The notes beneath the pieces were generated by a model. It was not told where the DNA came from, did no database searches, and saw only the letters and a program-made list of their open reading frames with translations. The position numbers and the translations under genes are program-made. A stretch of DNA of 64,000 nt from an uncultured virus (IMG/VR IMGVR_UViG_3300029705_000098) (Duplodnaviria > Heunggongvirae > Uroviricota > Caudoviricetes): the IMG/VR virus record IMGVR_UViG_3300029705_000098; one strand, 5' to 3'. Below are positions 39,826 to 49,869 of the stretch, one piece after another. The first letter of the stretch is position 1. The number at the start of each line of letters is the position of its first letter.

Positions 39826-42173
39826 ACTGCTACTCTTTCTCCATACCATTCTCGTGTAATTTCAACATCGCACTTAAACGGCATACTTAATATCTTCTCT
39901 GCGGCCTTTGACATTACTTCTGCTAAAAGGGTTGCACACTCTTTTGCATTTTCTTCAGGACACTCTGCTATGATTTCATCGTGAACAGGAACTAACATTC
40001 TGAAACCTAATTTCCTGAGTTCTTCGTTATTGTACAAGTCAATCATAGCCAACTTAGTTAAGTCTGCGGCAGACCCTTGAATACGAGCATTAACACATTG
40101 TCTTGTGGCGTCTGCTATCTTTCCGCCATTATCAATAATGTTTATCCCGTCTTTTTCTCTGGCCTCATCAATGATTTTGCGCTTTTGCCAAAACTTCGCT
40201 TGCTTTAACTTTCTCCAATACTTGTTGCAGAGTTCTTCAGGAACTTCTGTATTAACTTCTCCGTCAAAGTCAAGTACATCATCTGACTTAGGAGCATCTA
40301 CCCACTCGAACTCATATTCATCAAGTTGCAAATCAGGTAATCTTCTCTTACGGCCACAGATGGTTGTTACATATCCTAAATCTTCTCCCATCTCTAATGA
40401 CTTTCTCTCGAATATCATTATCTCTGGATACTTCTTAAACAGATTTGCTTTTAACTTCTTTGCCTCTTCAAAAGTTATACCCATTCCTTCTGCTACGCTC
40501 TTATCTCCTCTACCATATAAGATACCTAACAACACTGGTTTTGCTTTATTTCTAATTGCTTTGCCTTCTTTGTTAGTAGTTCCGTCAGGATTATGCTCTA
40601 AACATTGTTCGTAAGGGAGATTAAAACAAGCACTTGCTACTGCACTGTATAAGTCTCCTCCACTACGCCTAACATCATATAGTTTGTCATAACCCATTTC
40701 TTTACAGAATGAAGCAAGGCAAGAAGGCTCTTGCTGTGAGTAGTCACTTGACATAAGAACATATCCAGGACTTGCTATAAACATCATACGTGTTTTATCG
40801 TGAGGGATATTCTGCATATTAGGTTCTTCAGAACTCATACGGCCCGTGTCCGCCCCGTACTGATTAAACTTACAGTGTACTCTTCCGTCGTTCGGGTTTA
40901 AGTTCTCTCTAGGTATCTTATCAATATAAGTTCCTAAAAGTTTATCAATCGCACGACATTCAAGAATAGCACGTGTGAGTTCAGTATCCCATTTTGTTAA
41001 AATCTCTTCTCCCGTACCACGTGGACTTTTATCATCAACAACGTCATATTCAAGAACGTCATAAAACAGAACTGCCAACTGTTGAGGACTTCCTATGTTT
41101 ATGGGAGTAGACAATATTGGCTTAGGTCTCTGCTCTTTTCCAGCGTGTATAAGATTGAATTGATTTGCATTACGATTATACTCATCAATCTTGGGTTGTA
41201 ACTCATCTATCAACGCATAAACTTTCTGCAATATCTGGTCCTTTTTAGCGTGATACTCTACTGATAACTTTTTAGAATACTCGGTATCAAGAAGAATACC
41301 CGTATCTTCTACTTCACACATTACATCTACTAACGGCATTTCGATATTAAAGAAACACCACGCTACACCATTCATACCGTTTCTATCGCTAAAGGGCATA
41401 TCTGGGTCATAGTACAAATACTGTTTTTGAAACTCCACGAGTTCGTGTGTTACAACTCCGTCGTGAGCACCATACAAAGTTGCAATATCAATAGGAACAA
41501 TGTCGAATACTTTTATTCCGAGTTTCTTAAAGATGTCCGCAAAACTAAACTCATCTGTCTTTCCTTCAAGCACATACTTTGCGTGTAAGTCTTTCAGTCC
41601 TCGTTTACCCTGAGGCTCATTCTCATTCATACTACGAGCGGCAAGATATCCGTCCCACGTACAGTGCAACATAACACCCAAGTCGTTCTTAATAAATCTC
41701 GTATCGAACTTAGCATTAAACATTTCACACTCTTTAATGCCTACTAACAACTCAAGATATTTTGCAACGACTTCAGGGCTTAACTGATTTGATAATAACT
41801 CACCTGTAATATATGAGATATGTCTAATCGGGATATATGCAGGACTTCCACCAGGATAGTATAAACATATACCCACAATCTTATCGAGCATCGGGTCAAG
41901 TCCTGTTGTTTCGGTATCAATCGCAACGCACTGTGCTTTAAGACACGCCTTAATATAAAACTCCAACTGCATTTCAGTAGTAATCGTTGTGTATATATCA
42001 CGATACTTTCCCAAATACTCATCAACAAAATCGCGGAGACGCTTTATCATAGAAGATATACTCCCGCTTTTTACAACGGGAGTATTTTTCTTTGATTTAG
42101 CCGCTCTGGCTGTTGATATATCTGAACTCTTATCGGGACGAGTTAAATCACCGAACAATGACAACTGTTCCAT
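39822..42173 (-). CDS. polA: Family A DNA polymerase with 3'-5' exonuclease
   Basis: DTETTGL, TGRMSS..PN.QNIP, DYSQQE, K...LG..YG and VHDE motifs. N-terminal QLSLF. Confidence 0.95.
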   Translation of the reverse strand: MEQLSLFGDLTRPDKSSDISTARAAKSKKNTPVVKSGSISSMIKRLRDFVDEYLGKYRDIYTTITTEMQLEFYIKACLKAQCVAIDTETTGLDPMLDKIVGICLYYPGGSPAYIPIRHISYITGELLSNQLSPEVVAKYLELLVGIKECEMFNAKFDTRFIKNDLGVMLHCTWDGYLAARSMNENEPQGKRGLKDLHAKYVLEGKTDEFSFADIFKKLGIKVFDIVPIDIATLYGAHDGVVTHELVEFQKQYLYYDPDMPFSDRNGMNGVAWCFFNIEMPLVDVMCEVEDTGILLDTEYSKKLSVEYHAKKDQILQKVYALIDELQPKIDEYNRNANQFNLIHAGKEQRPKPILSTPINIGSPQQLAVLFYDVLEYDVVDDKSPRGTGEEILTKWDTELTRAILECRAIDKLLGTYIDKIPRENLNPNDGRVHCKFNQYGADTGRMSSEEPNMQNIPHDKTRMMFIASPGYVLMSSDYSQQEPSCLASFCKEMGYDKLYDVRRSGGDLYSAVASACFNLPYEQCLEHNPDGTTNKEGKAIRNKAKPVLLGILYGRGDKSVAEGMGITFEEAKKLKANLFKKYPEIMIFERKSLEMGEDLGYVTTICGRKRRLPDLQLDEYEFEWVDAPKSDDVLDFDGEVNTEVPEELCNKYWRKLKQAKFWQKRKIIDEAREKDGINIIDNGGKIADATRQCVNARIQGSAADLTKLAMIDLYNNEELRKLGFRMLVPVHDEIIAECPEENAKECATLLAEVMSKAAEKILSMPFKCDVEITREWYGERVAV

Positions 42174-42883
42174 TAGAACCTATCTCCGCGACCTCTTCTT
42201 GTAGTTGCTCTTTCGCTACGTGCTGTCTCTCTTGTACTCTCTCTACGAGAGCGTGTGTCCTCGCCTCTACGAACTACGTTCTCTCTCTCTTCCTCAGGGA
42301 ACTGTTCGTGCTTAAGATAGTATTCCATATCTTCTGCTGACTTATCCATTATCTTTGTTCCGAGAGCAGACGGAAGTTCATCAAAACCACAATCTGCAAG
42401 AATATCGTCAACAGTTGTTCCGTCGGGCTGTCCTACTGGGTAGAAAGAATAATCAGACTTCTTTCCCTTTGCTCCGTGTCTCTCTACATCGAATACTTGT
42501 GAAACAATGTGAGGAAATCTTCCACAAAGGCTTGAAAGTTGACTATAAAAACTATTGGGTCTATCCCAAAACTTAATTGCACCATCTGTCTCGTCGAACA
42601 CAGGGATATAAACTCTTGCCTGTCTCTTAAGTCCTGCCTGACAAAAAGGACAATCTGAAACTGTGCCTTCACTGTCAAAAAGACAATTTACGGGCAACTC
42701 GTAGTCTCCCACTTGAACTCTGTGAACTACAAAGCCCTCAATATCTTCTGCTCCATCGTATAGAAGTCTAATCTTACCTGTATCTTTATCATCTTTCAAG
42801 GAATTAAAGTAATTAATCTTTGTTCCGTCTCCACTTCCTTCGTTCCTAAACTGTTCAATGTTTGCACCTGTTAATCTTGCCAT
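42173..42883 (-). CDS. Single-stranded DNA-binding protein (gp32-like)
   Basis: H...C...CPFC zinc site. Located between primase and polymerase. Confidence 0.6.
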   Translation of the reverse strand: MARLTGANIEQFRNEGSGDGTKINYFNSLKDDKDTGKIRLLYDGAEDIEGFVVHRVQVGDYELPVNCLFDSEGTVSDCPFCQAGLKRQARVYIPVFDETDGAIKFWDRPNSFYSQLSSLCGRFPHIVSQVFDVERHGAKGKKSDYSFYPVGQPDGTTVDDILADCGFDELPSALGTKIMDKSAEDMEYYLKHEQFPEEERENVVRRGEDTRSRRESTRETARSERATTRRGRGDRF

Positions 42884-42937
42884 AAACTGTTTCCTTTCTG
42901 CTATTTTAAAGTTGTTGTGTATTTATTACACGTAATC

Positions 42938-42966
42938 ATTATACTAAATGATTGCTTCAAAGTCAA
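42938..42966 (-). promoter_or_regulatory. Sigma-A promoter with conserved spacer
   Basis: TTGACT-ttgaagcAATCATTTAG-TATAAT. Confidence 0.8.
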
Positions 42967-43940
42967 TATAAAGTTTCTCGCAAATTTAGAAGTTCATCGT
43001 CTGTACACTCACCTATATCTTTACGATTATCGGGAAGTATAGCGGTTGTCATAAGTTTGCCCCTTACTAATTTCTTCAATCGCTCTGTTGCAGATATTCC
43101 TGCCTTATCATTATCCAGTGCAAAGATAAGTTTACGTGTAGGCAACTCGCATAAGTCTTTTATCTGTTTATCACTAAACAGACACCCAAACCCTGCTACT
43201 GCATACTTTCCTACACACCACAATCTCAAGCAATCAAATAATCCCTCGCACACGTATACTTCATTAAATCTATCAGTTCCTTCCTTTGTCTGAAGAGTAT
43301 GATACAGTTCGTACTCACCATATAAAGGCTTATCAATATCTTTAGGTAAATCAAACTGCTTATACTTGATTTTTCGCTTTGCAACAAATTTACAACACCC
43401 ACTATAACTATCTCTGACAGGAAATGTTATACTGTCCGTTTGTTTATCATACCCAATATCAAAGAGTTCAATAACATCGTTTGTTAATCCTCTTTCTCGC
43501 ATATACGGGTGATAGTATCTATACCCATCTAATTCTTCTTCAGACACGTAAGTTTGATAGTGCTCACTCGTTTGTGGCGCTCTGCTTAAATTCAGGTTTA
43601 ATACTCGATTACTCTCCTGCATAACTACGAAAGTATCTCTTAACCACTTCTTCCCAAACGTGTTAAGCGGGTCTGATTTTCCGAAACAGTTTTCTATCAT
43701 CTCAGGAAGCGAATGAGTTTCTCCACACGCAAGGCAATGGCACATACCATCTGCTTTACGTATTCCCATACTAGGGTTATTCTCTTGTCCGTCTTTATGA
43801 TAAGGACAGCATACCATAAGGTCATCCGAGCTGTCTTTTGTTTTTGCAAACAACGATATACCACGCTCTGAAAGTTGGCGCTTAAGTTCTGCTATAATGT
43901 CAGAAACTTCTGCGTTGATAATCATTCCATCTACTATCAT
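42963..43940 (-). CDS. dnaG: DnaG-type primase
   Basis: CPYH...PS...C..C zinc finger. Toprim EG.FD and DND.AG. Confidence 0.88.
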   Translation of the reverse strand: MIVDGMIINAEVSDIIAELKRQLSERGISLFAKTKDSSDDLMVCCPYHKDGQENNPSMGIRKADGMCHCLACGETHSLPEMIENCFGKSDPLNTFGKKWLRDTFVVMQESNRVLNLNLSRAPQTSEHYQTYVSEEELDGYRYYHPYMRERGLTNDVIELFDIGYDKQTDSITFPVRDSYSGCCKFVAKRKIKYKQFDLPKDIDKPLYGEYELYHTLQTKEGTDRFNEVYVCEGLFDCLRLWCVGKYAVAGFGCLFSDKQIKDLCELPTRKLIFALDNDKAGISATERLKKLVRGKLMTTAILPDNRKDIGECTDDELLNLRETLY

Positions 43941-45253
43941 CAGAATACGTCCTTTCCGCTTGCTTTCTTTCTTTCGCGTCTTTCCTCTCTCTGCTCTCGC
44001 GTCATATTATCAGGACTTTCTGTGTATATAAACTCTCCTACATTTATGTTCCAAATGTACTTAAGTTTTTTACCCACAGGTCCGTATCTATTTTTATTAA
44101 CACGCATTTCAAGATTTCCATTATCCTGCCTTAATGCAATAATCTTTGTTGCGCACTGTCCAATGCCGTCACTTCCACTAATATTCTCATTCCCAGGAAC
44201 ATCATCTTTCGCTCCCTCTCTGTTGGCTTGAGATACAACAATAATGGGTACGTGCATTTCAACGGACAAGGACATCAAGTCTTGGCTGATATGGGTTAAT
44301 GAAAGTGTGTCACTATCTCCACGCCTATATCGTTCATCAGTCAAATATGACACCCCATCTATTGCAAGCATATCTAGTTTATACTGCTTTATGTAATTAC
44401 GTAACTTGCTTATGGTTATTCGATTATCAAAATCAGAAGGAACTGAAACAATGAATTTGTTTTTATGCTCCGCAAGAGCCGTAATATCTTCTTCATATTT
44501 TTCAACGTCAATATCAGTAAGGCCCCACATCAAACTAGTGTTTGAATACCCGTTACTAATCGTGTCAAATCTGTATCCGATGTTATCGTCACTCATTTCT
44601 GGAGATATATATCCTACATTAAATCCCAGCTTCCAAATATGAGCGATTATGGCAACAAGCACCCATGACTTTCCTTGTCCTAATCTCGCAAACAATACAA
44701 TCAGTTCTTCAAAACGCTGTATTCCGTGTAAAATCTCATCAAGTTCGTGGAATCCTGTTGTAAAGTACCAATCATCTTGATTTTCAACACGTTCTTTGTA
44801 ATGCTCATATCTTTTACGTGCAAACTCAATAATATTTACTCCGCCAAGACCATAGTTTACTTCTAAGTCCTTAAGAGCGTGTATCATATACTCTACACCT
44901 GCGTTTGCATCTTTTACGAATATCTCTCCTGCTTTCTGCAATATAGGAGCACCCTGACGGAAAAGATATTCTTCTCGCAACGTTTCAACTAACCATTCGT
45001 CACTTTCATTTACTTCAGGAAGTCCGTCGTCCTTATAAATAGGAAACTTGTTTAGAAAAGTAGTTTCATCAGGAACATTTCCATACTTCTCATAATGAGA
45101 CTTAATAAAGCGAAACTCTTCCTCATACCCTACAGTATCATTTCCCTTATTGTCTTTCGGACCTTTAAAGTAATCTTCGGTGATGCAGTTATTTTCTATT
45201 ATAGAAAAATCCTTAGTAGCAATAATCTTACTTAAAATCTGCAACTCAACCAC
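43940..45253 (-). CDS. dnaB: DnaB-like replicative helicase
   Basis: TGF..LD, AR.GQGKS, SPEM, SQANR and KNRYG motifs. Confidence 0.9.
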   Translation of the reverse strand: MVELQILSKIIATKDFSIIENNCITEDYFKGPKDNKGNDTVGYEEEFRFIKSHYEKYGNVPDETTFLNKFPIYKDDGLPEVNESDEWLVETLREEYLFRQGAPILQKAGEIFVKDANAGVEYMIHALKDLEVNYGLGGVNIIEFARKRYEHYKERVENQDDWYFTTGFHELDEILHGIQRFEELIVLFARLGQGKSWVLVAIIAHIWKLGFNVGYISPEMSDDNIGYRFDTISNGYSNTSLMWGLTDIDVEKYEEDITALAEHKNKFIVSVPSDFDNRITISKLRNYIKQYKLDMLAIDGVSYLTDERYRRGDSDTLSLTHISQDLMSLSVEMHVPIIVVSQANREGAKDDVPGNENISGSDGIGQCATKIIALRQDNGNLEMRVNKNRYGPVGKKLKYIWNINVGEFIYTESPDNMTREQREERRERKKASGKDVF

Positions 45254-45902
45254 GCATATCACCACCCTTTATCTCAACTACCAAACTGTTTCCCATAACT
45301 CTACTTGCTAATCGCTCTCCGATTACTTCTCCAAGTTTCTTAATGTCAGTTATGTTGGAAGTGAATATAATTGATTTACCTGATAACATTCTACTATCAA
45401 CTAAAGTAAATAGTTGCAAATAATCATACTGCGACAGACCTGTTATTGCTATATCATCAAGTATAAGCAAATCACACGACTTTAGATTTTCCTTATATTC
45501 ATTAGACAATGGGTTATTGAAATCTTTTAATTTTAAAAGTAAATCAGGAACAGATACAAACATTCCCTTTACAGTGAATATATTTCCTTCAGCAACATAA
45601 TGGAAGTATGTTTGTAACATCTTAATAGCCCAAGATGTTTTCCCGTTTCCAGGTATCTCACCACAGATATACAAGTTCTTTCCCTGCTCAACGAACTCAT
45701 CAATATCCTCTCGTATATCAGCCAACTTATTAAATGCCCTAACATCATTTGATTGTGGTCTTAAATGTATTGGAGCATACTTTGATTTAGGAAGACCGCT
45801 GTTATCAAACTGCCACATCATTTGAGGGTACACTAAACAGGCAGAACAATCTTCATTACACTTACTTGCGTACCAGCAATCAGTATTCTTTGAGTTCTCC
45901 AC
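45246..45902 (-). CDS. dnaC: DnaC/IstB-like helicase loader
   Basis: G..GNGKTS, LLILDD, FTSN and R..SR motifs. Confidence 0.85.
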   Translation of the reverse strand: MENSKNTDCWYASKCNEDCSACLVYPQMMWQFDNSGLPKSKYAPIHLRPQSNDVRAFNKLADIREDIDEFVEQGKNLYICGEIPGNGKTSWAIKMLQTYFHYVAEGNIFTVKGMFVSVPDLLLKLKDFNNPLSNEYKENLKSCDLLILDDIAITGLSQYDYLQLFTLVDSRMLSGKSIIFTSNITDIKKLGEVIGERLASRVMGNSLVVEIKGGDMRG

Positions 45903-46650
45903 GTTCTACCGCCTTTCTCATTTCTTCTTTTTCTTCTGCTGAAACACGATACTTCGGACCATTACTAGAGATTTCTTCGGCGTTACATCTGCGCTTATTA
46001 TTATAACGACCCTCTAAAATTCTATCGAACTTATCTTCCTTAAGAAGGAAGTCAATATCTGCTTTCCAACCGCTATCGTTCTTTCCCTTACAAAAATCTG
46101 AACTTTCAAGGTTCTTACAAGCGGTCACGATTTCTTCTTCAGTGTATGTTTTTAAGATACGACTAATAGCCCTACTTCGCTTTGCATTAAGACGCTGGCA
46201 CTTAGGCAGTGAAACGCAAATTGAATTATACGTAGCAACTAACCACTGAGCCCTGTCTTTTTTTCTTACTTCTAATACTTCTTTATCTTTATTATTAGTA
46301 TTAAATAAAGTTTGTTGAATATTAGTATTATTCTCTCTAATATCTGTATTAATATGCTCGTCAATTTGACTACTCTGCCTCGTCAATTTGACTACTCTCA
46401 ATGTTCTAACTCTTCCATCAAATGAACTCTCAATCAATCCTAACTTCTTAAGGTGAGATATTGCTCTGGTAACTGTACTCTCGCTAACCTTAAAGAAGTT
46501 GATAAAATATTCGTTGCCTGCTGTACAACCATTATCTCCATCAAGACTATCAATCTCTGCGAAAATAGCCTTTTCAGTTATATCTAATTTATCGTTTAAC
46601 CATATATCTTTAGGTATCCATATACCCTTAAAGTCTCTTTCCATAAGCAT
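45880..46650 (-). CDS. Replication initiator (N-terminal wHTH, O-like)
   Basis: RDFKGIWIP, HTH and C-terminal WKADIDFL...F.RILEGRY. Upstream of dnaC. Confidence 0.75.
   Translation of the reverse strand: MLMERDFKGIWIPKDIWLNDKLDITEKAIFAEIDSLDGDNGCTAGNEYFINFFKVSESTVTRAISHLKKLGLIESSFDGRVRTLRVVKLTRQSSQIDEHINTDIRENNTNIQQTLFNTNNKDKEVLEVRKKDRAQWLVATYNSICVSLPKCQRLNAKRSRAISRILKTYTEEEIVTACKNLESSDFCKGKNDSGWKADIDFLLKEDKFDRILEGRYNNKRRCNAEEISSNGPKYRVSAEEKEEMRKAVERGELKEY
46357..46398. repeat. Iteron-like direct repeat (putative origin)
   Basis: Two copies of CTCGTCAATTTGACTACTCT with 22-bp period, next to an AT-rich tract inside the initiator gene. Confidence 0.65.
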
Positions 46651-46664
46651 CTCCTAATTTTTAA

Positions 46665-46796
46665 GCAACAAAAAACTTGTCAAAGAAGTTAGGTGAGAAC
46701 TTCAGTGACAAGTCTGTTGCATTTGTCGGTTATTCAGTTATAGCGGTCATACGCTCACCTCATATAACCGACATAAGACTGTAGTGCTACAATCTT
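46665..46796 (-). ncRNA. Structured leader upstream of the initiator (three hairpins plus pseudoknot)
   Basis: Long stems. AGGTGAG in hairpin 2 is complementary to the CTCACCT loop of hairpin 3. Confidence 0.6.
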
Positions 46797-46815
46797 TAAG
46801 TGTGAAATGATTATA

Positions 46816-47905
46816 TCATCTTTTTCGTTTTTCTTCAAGTACGTGATTTATCGTATCTTGCATTTGAACGTCCACAGTATAGTTTACATCATCCCAGAGT
46901 TTTTCACGTTCTTTGTCCAAGTCTACTCCCTCAACATCGGGGATAGTTCTTTCTTCTGAAAACTCTAACGTATAAAAATCGTCAAAGATTTTTGCGCTGA
47001 CCCTGGAAGTCGCTTTAATTTGCGTTGTAATCGCTTTACTCTCGTATTTAGTATTGTTACTCATATTTTAGTCTCCTCGCTCATTTAGATATGTTTCCTC
47101 GCGATTTAAGATAACTTCGTATCCCAGATATTAAAGCAATTAAGATAAATGCGCCAATCTCTGAGCCGATTGTACACAAAATCCCGAGTACAAAAGGGCT
47201 AATATAAATATTCACATTAGTCTCCTTTCTTTCCTTTCTTTGCGCTCTTAATAGTAAGTGTTGGGATTTCTTTTACGTGTGTACACGTTTCCATAGCCGC
47301 AACCATTTCAGTTGGCAATTTCTCATTATAGATTTCGCTTTCCAACGTATCCATGTCAATATACTCACGTGTTTTAATACACTCTGTATCAGGAGCATAC
47401 TTATGCAGATACTCGATGAGTTTTTCTTCATCAATACTGGATTTCCTTGTAACGCTATAATGTACCCTTGAACCATCATCAAGTTCAACATCTTCCATAC
47501 CTAAGTTTTCCATCGCTTGCTTGATGTTTGTATTAAGGCTATCTGCCTGCTTTTTGAATTTATCGGCTTCCTGCTTTGAAAAGATATAGCCGTCTGCCCA
47601 CATCTTTAATTGTTCCAGTTCTGTCATTTTGTTACTTGTCCTTTCTTTAAATATTTTTGCGTTACAGAGCCCATTACGCCCTTACAGCCTTTAGGAACCT
47701 TCTGTTTAAACTCGATAAGGGCAGGAATATCTGACTTGTGCCACATTCTCTGACCTCTGCCCTCAAGTGTAATATAGTTAGGCAAAAGTCTTGCGTACTC
47801 GTTATCAGGATTTTCCCTCTTAAACTTGTACCAGTTGTTTACTGACTGAACAGAAACCCCACAGGCCATAGCAACTTCTTCAATTCTTAAAAGTGTTAAT
47901 CCCAT
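46816..47905 (-). other. Hypothetical genes 46816-47064 and 47217-47627, and HTH DNA-binding protein 47624-47905
   Basis: LRIEEVA..CGVS.QSVNNWY HTH in 47624-47905. Confidence 0.6.
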
Positions 47906-47957
47906 TGTATCTCCTTTCTTTCATTTATTAAATTATAAACATTATAATATATGTTTT

Positions 47958-49715
47958 TTATGATAACAAGTAGTTAATTAAAGCATTTTTGTCTCCCTCA
48001 ATTTTTCCGTCAATCAATATTTCACTCATCTGTCCTTTCTTTTCTACGAGTGAGTTAATTCGTTCATCAATGGTTCCCTTGCAGAGCAACGTATAAACGG
48101 TGATGTTAGAGTTCTGTCCAATTCTGTGGCATCTATCTATTGCTTGTTCCTTAAGAGCCATATTCCAGGGTTCATCTAAAAAGATTTCTACTGAACCAGC
48201 AGTTAGCGTAAGACCTGTACCCATAGCACCTATCGTACCGATTATGAATTTAACTTTATCGTCATTCTGAAATGCCTCTACACTAGCCTGCCTTTCGTTA
48301 TCTTTTGTCTCACCTGTAATCATTACACCCCTATACTTCTTCGATAGTCTCTTAAACGCTGGATTAGTAATCTGTGTCCAGTTAGAGAAGATAACAACCT
48401 TTCTTCCGTTATCAACTGCGTCATCTACAAGTTCTTCCATTCTGTCAAACTTTGCACTATCAGTAACAGTAGGAGTAAGAATATTGGGGTTACCCGTTGC
48501 CTGTCTCAATCTAATAAGTTCTGCAAGCGGGTTGTTTGCCATCTTCAAACTATCGAGATTACTAATAATATCTGAATGGGCCATATCATAAACTTTCGAT
48601 TGCTCTTTACCCATTTCAACGTACTCGTTAATGAGTGTCTTTTCAGGCAAATCAAGAACATCGTCCTTAAGCCTACGCAACATCATTGTATCGAGCGTAT
48701 CTTCAATCTCTTCCAAGTTTTTATAACCAACAACTTGTGTTCCGTTGAAGCCGCCTAAACGACCATAATGTGTCTTAAACTGCCAGAATGTATGCTTTTC
48801 GTATCCGAGCCAGTTAAGTATCGGGTATAAGTCAATCGGTGCGTTCATCAGAGGAGTACCCGTCATAGCAATTTGAATTGGGGTATGTAGCATCAACAAC
48901 TGCTCGGTTTGACTTGCCTCTGGGTTTTTACACTTGTGAAACTCGTCAACGGCAATCATATCAATCTCACCGCTCGCACATAGTTCTTTTAACTTATCAG
49001 TAATAGGATAGATATATTCATCTTCTTCGACAAATTTTCCCTTTTTCTTTACCACTATTTTTCTTCCCGTCTTTACTTTGTAACGTAAAGTCTCAATATT
49101 AGTAATAACAAATCTGGGAAGGCACTCAAAGTTTTCAAGGTCTAATAGTCTGTCTGCATTAGAACCAATCCTTATGTCTGTTCCGCCTCGAATAAACTTC
49201 TGCCCCAATATCCACGCACTTTCGTCAGTGTGAATACTAACCTCATTCTTCCAGTTCCATTTCAAACCGTTTACGCAACAAACAATAAGACAGTGCTTTA
49301 CATTTCTTAATCTCGCAATATCAATTACCTGCTTTGTCTTACCAAGTCCCTGCTCATCACCAAGTAACCACTTATCGTGATTAAGTCCGAACTCAACGCC
49401 CTCTATCTGATGTTCAAAAGGTTTTGTCTTGAAATTGAAATAAGGTGGTATCTTTTTCTCGCTTGTTTCAAGTTTGATATACTTTCCTGAAATAGTAATC
49501 TCATACTTCGATAACTTGTTTACGAGATTACCCAACTGATTAAACGGAAGTTCCCACGTTTTATCATTTTTATTGTAGTTCCTAGTAGGAAATGATTTAA
49601 CAATATCTACAATATCGGCATTGTAATCGAATGATACAAAAAGGGAATAGTCCCCATTACACATTACACTGTTTTTAATTACAATGTTTATCATCTGTTT
49701 TTCGCTCTCTTTCAA
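47958..49715 (-). CDS. SNF2-family helicase
   Basis: DEQGLGKT, DEFH, TGTP, MLRRLK, GTGLTL and QAIDRCHRIGQ motifs. Confidence 0.92.
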   Translation of the reverse strand: MKESEKQMINIVIKNSVMCNGDYSLFVSFDYNADIVDIVKSFPTRNYNKNDKTWELPFNQLGNLVNKLSKYEITISGKYIKLETSEKKIPPYFNFKTKPFEHQIEGVEFGLNHDKWLLGDEQGLGKTKQVIDIARLRNVKHCLIVCCVNGLKWNWKNEVSIHTDESAWILGQKFIRGGTDIRIGSNADRLLDLENFECLPRFVITNIETLRYKVKTGRKIVVKKKGKFVEEDEYIYPITDKLKELCASGEIDMIAVDEFHKCKNPEASQTEQLLMLHTPIQIAMTGTPLMNAPIDLYPILNWLGYEKHTFWQFKTHYGRLGGFNGTQVVGYKNLEEIEDTLDTMMLRRLKDDVLDLPEKTLINEYVEMGKEQSKVYDMAHSDIISNLDSLKMANNPLAELIRLRQATGNPNILTPTVTDSAKFDRMEELVDDAVDNGRKVVIFSNWTQITNPAFKRLSKKYRGVMITGETKDNERQASVEAFQNDDKVKFIIGTIGAMGTGLTLTAGSVEIFLDEPWNMALKEQAIDRCHRIGQNSNITVYTLLCKGTIDERINSLVEKKGQMSEILIDGKIEGDKNALINYLLS

Positions 49716-49739
49716 TGTTTTTTGACTGATTTCGAGAAC

Positions 49740-49768
49740 ATTATACTAAATGATTGAACGTAAGTCAA
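49740..49768 (-). promoter_or_regulatory. Sigma-A promoter with conserved spacer
   Basis: TTGACT-tacgttcAATCATTTAG-TATAAT. Confidence 0.8.
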
Positions 49769-49781
49769 CAAAAATTTATGC

Positions 49782-49815
49782 AAAAGAAAAGTAGCGAGCC
49801 TCTCCTCTCGCTACT
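49782..49815 (-). terminator. Terminator
   Basis: AGTAGCGAG/CTCGCTACT stem followed by TTTCTTTT. Confidence 0.75.
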
Positions 49816-49869
49816 CTCCCAAAAAGAAAGACAGAACAATAAAGAATGTTCTAATATTTTATTATAACA

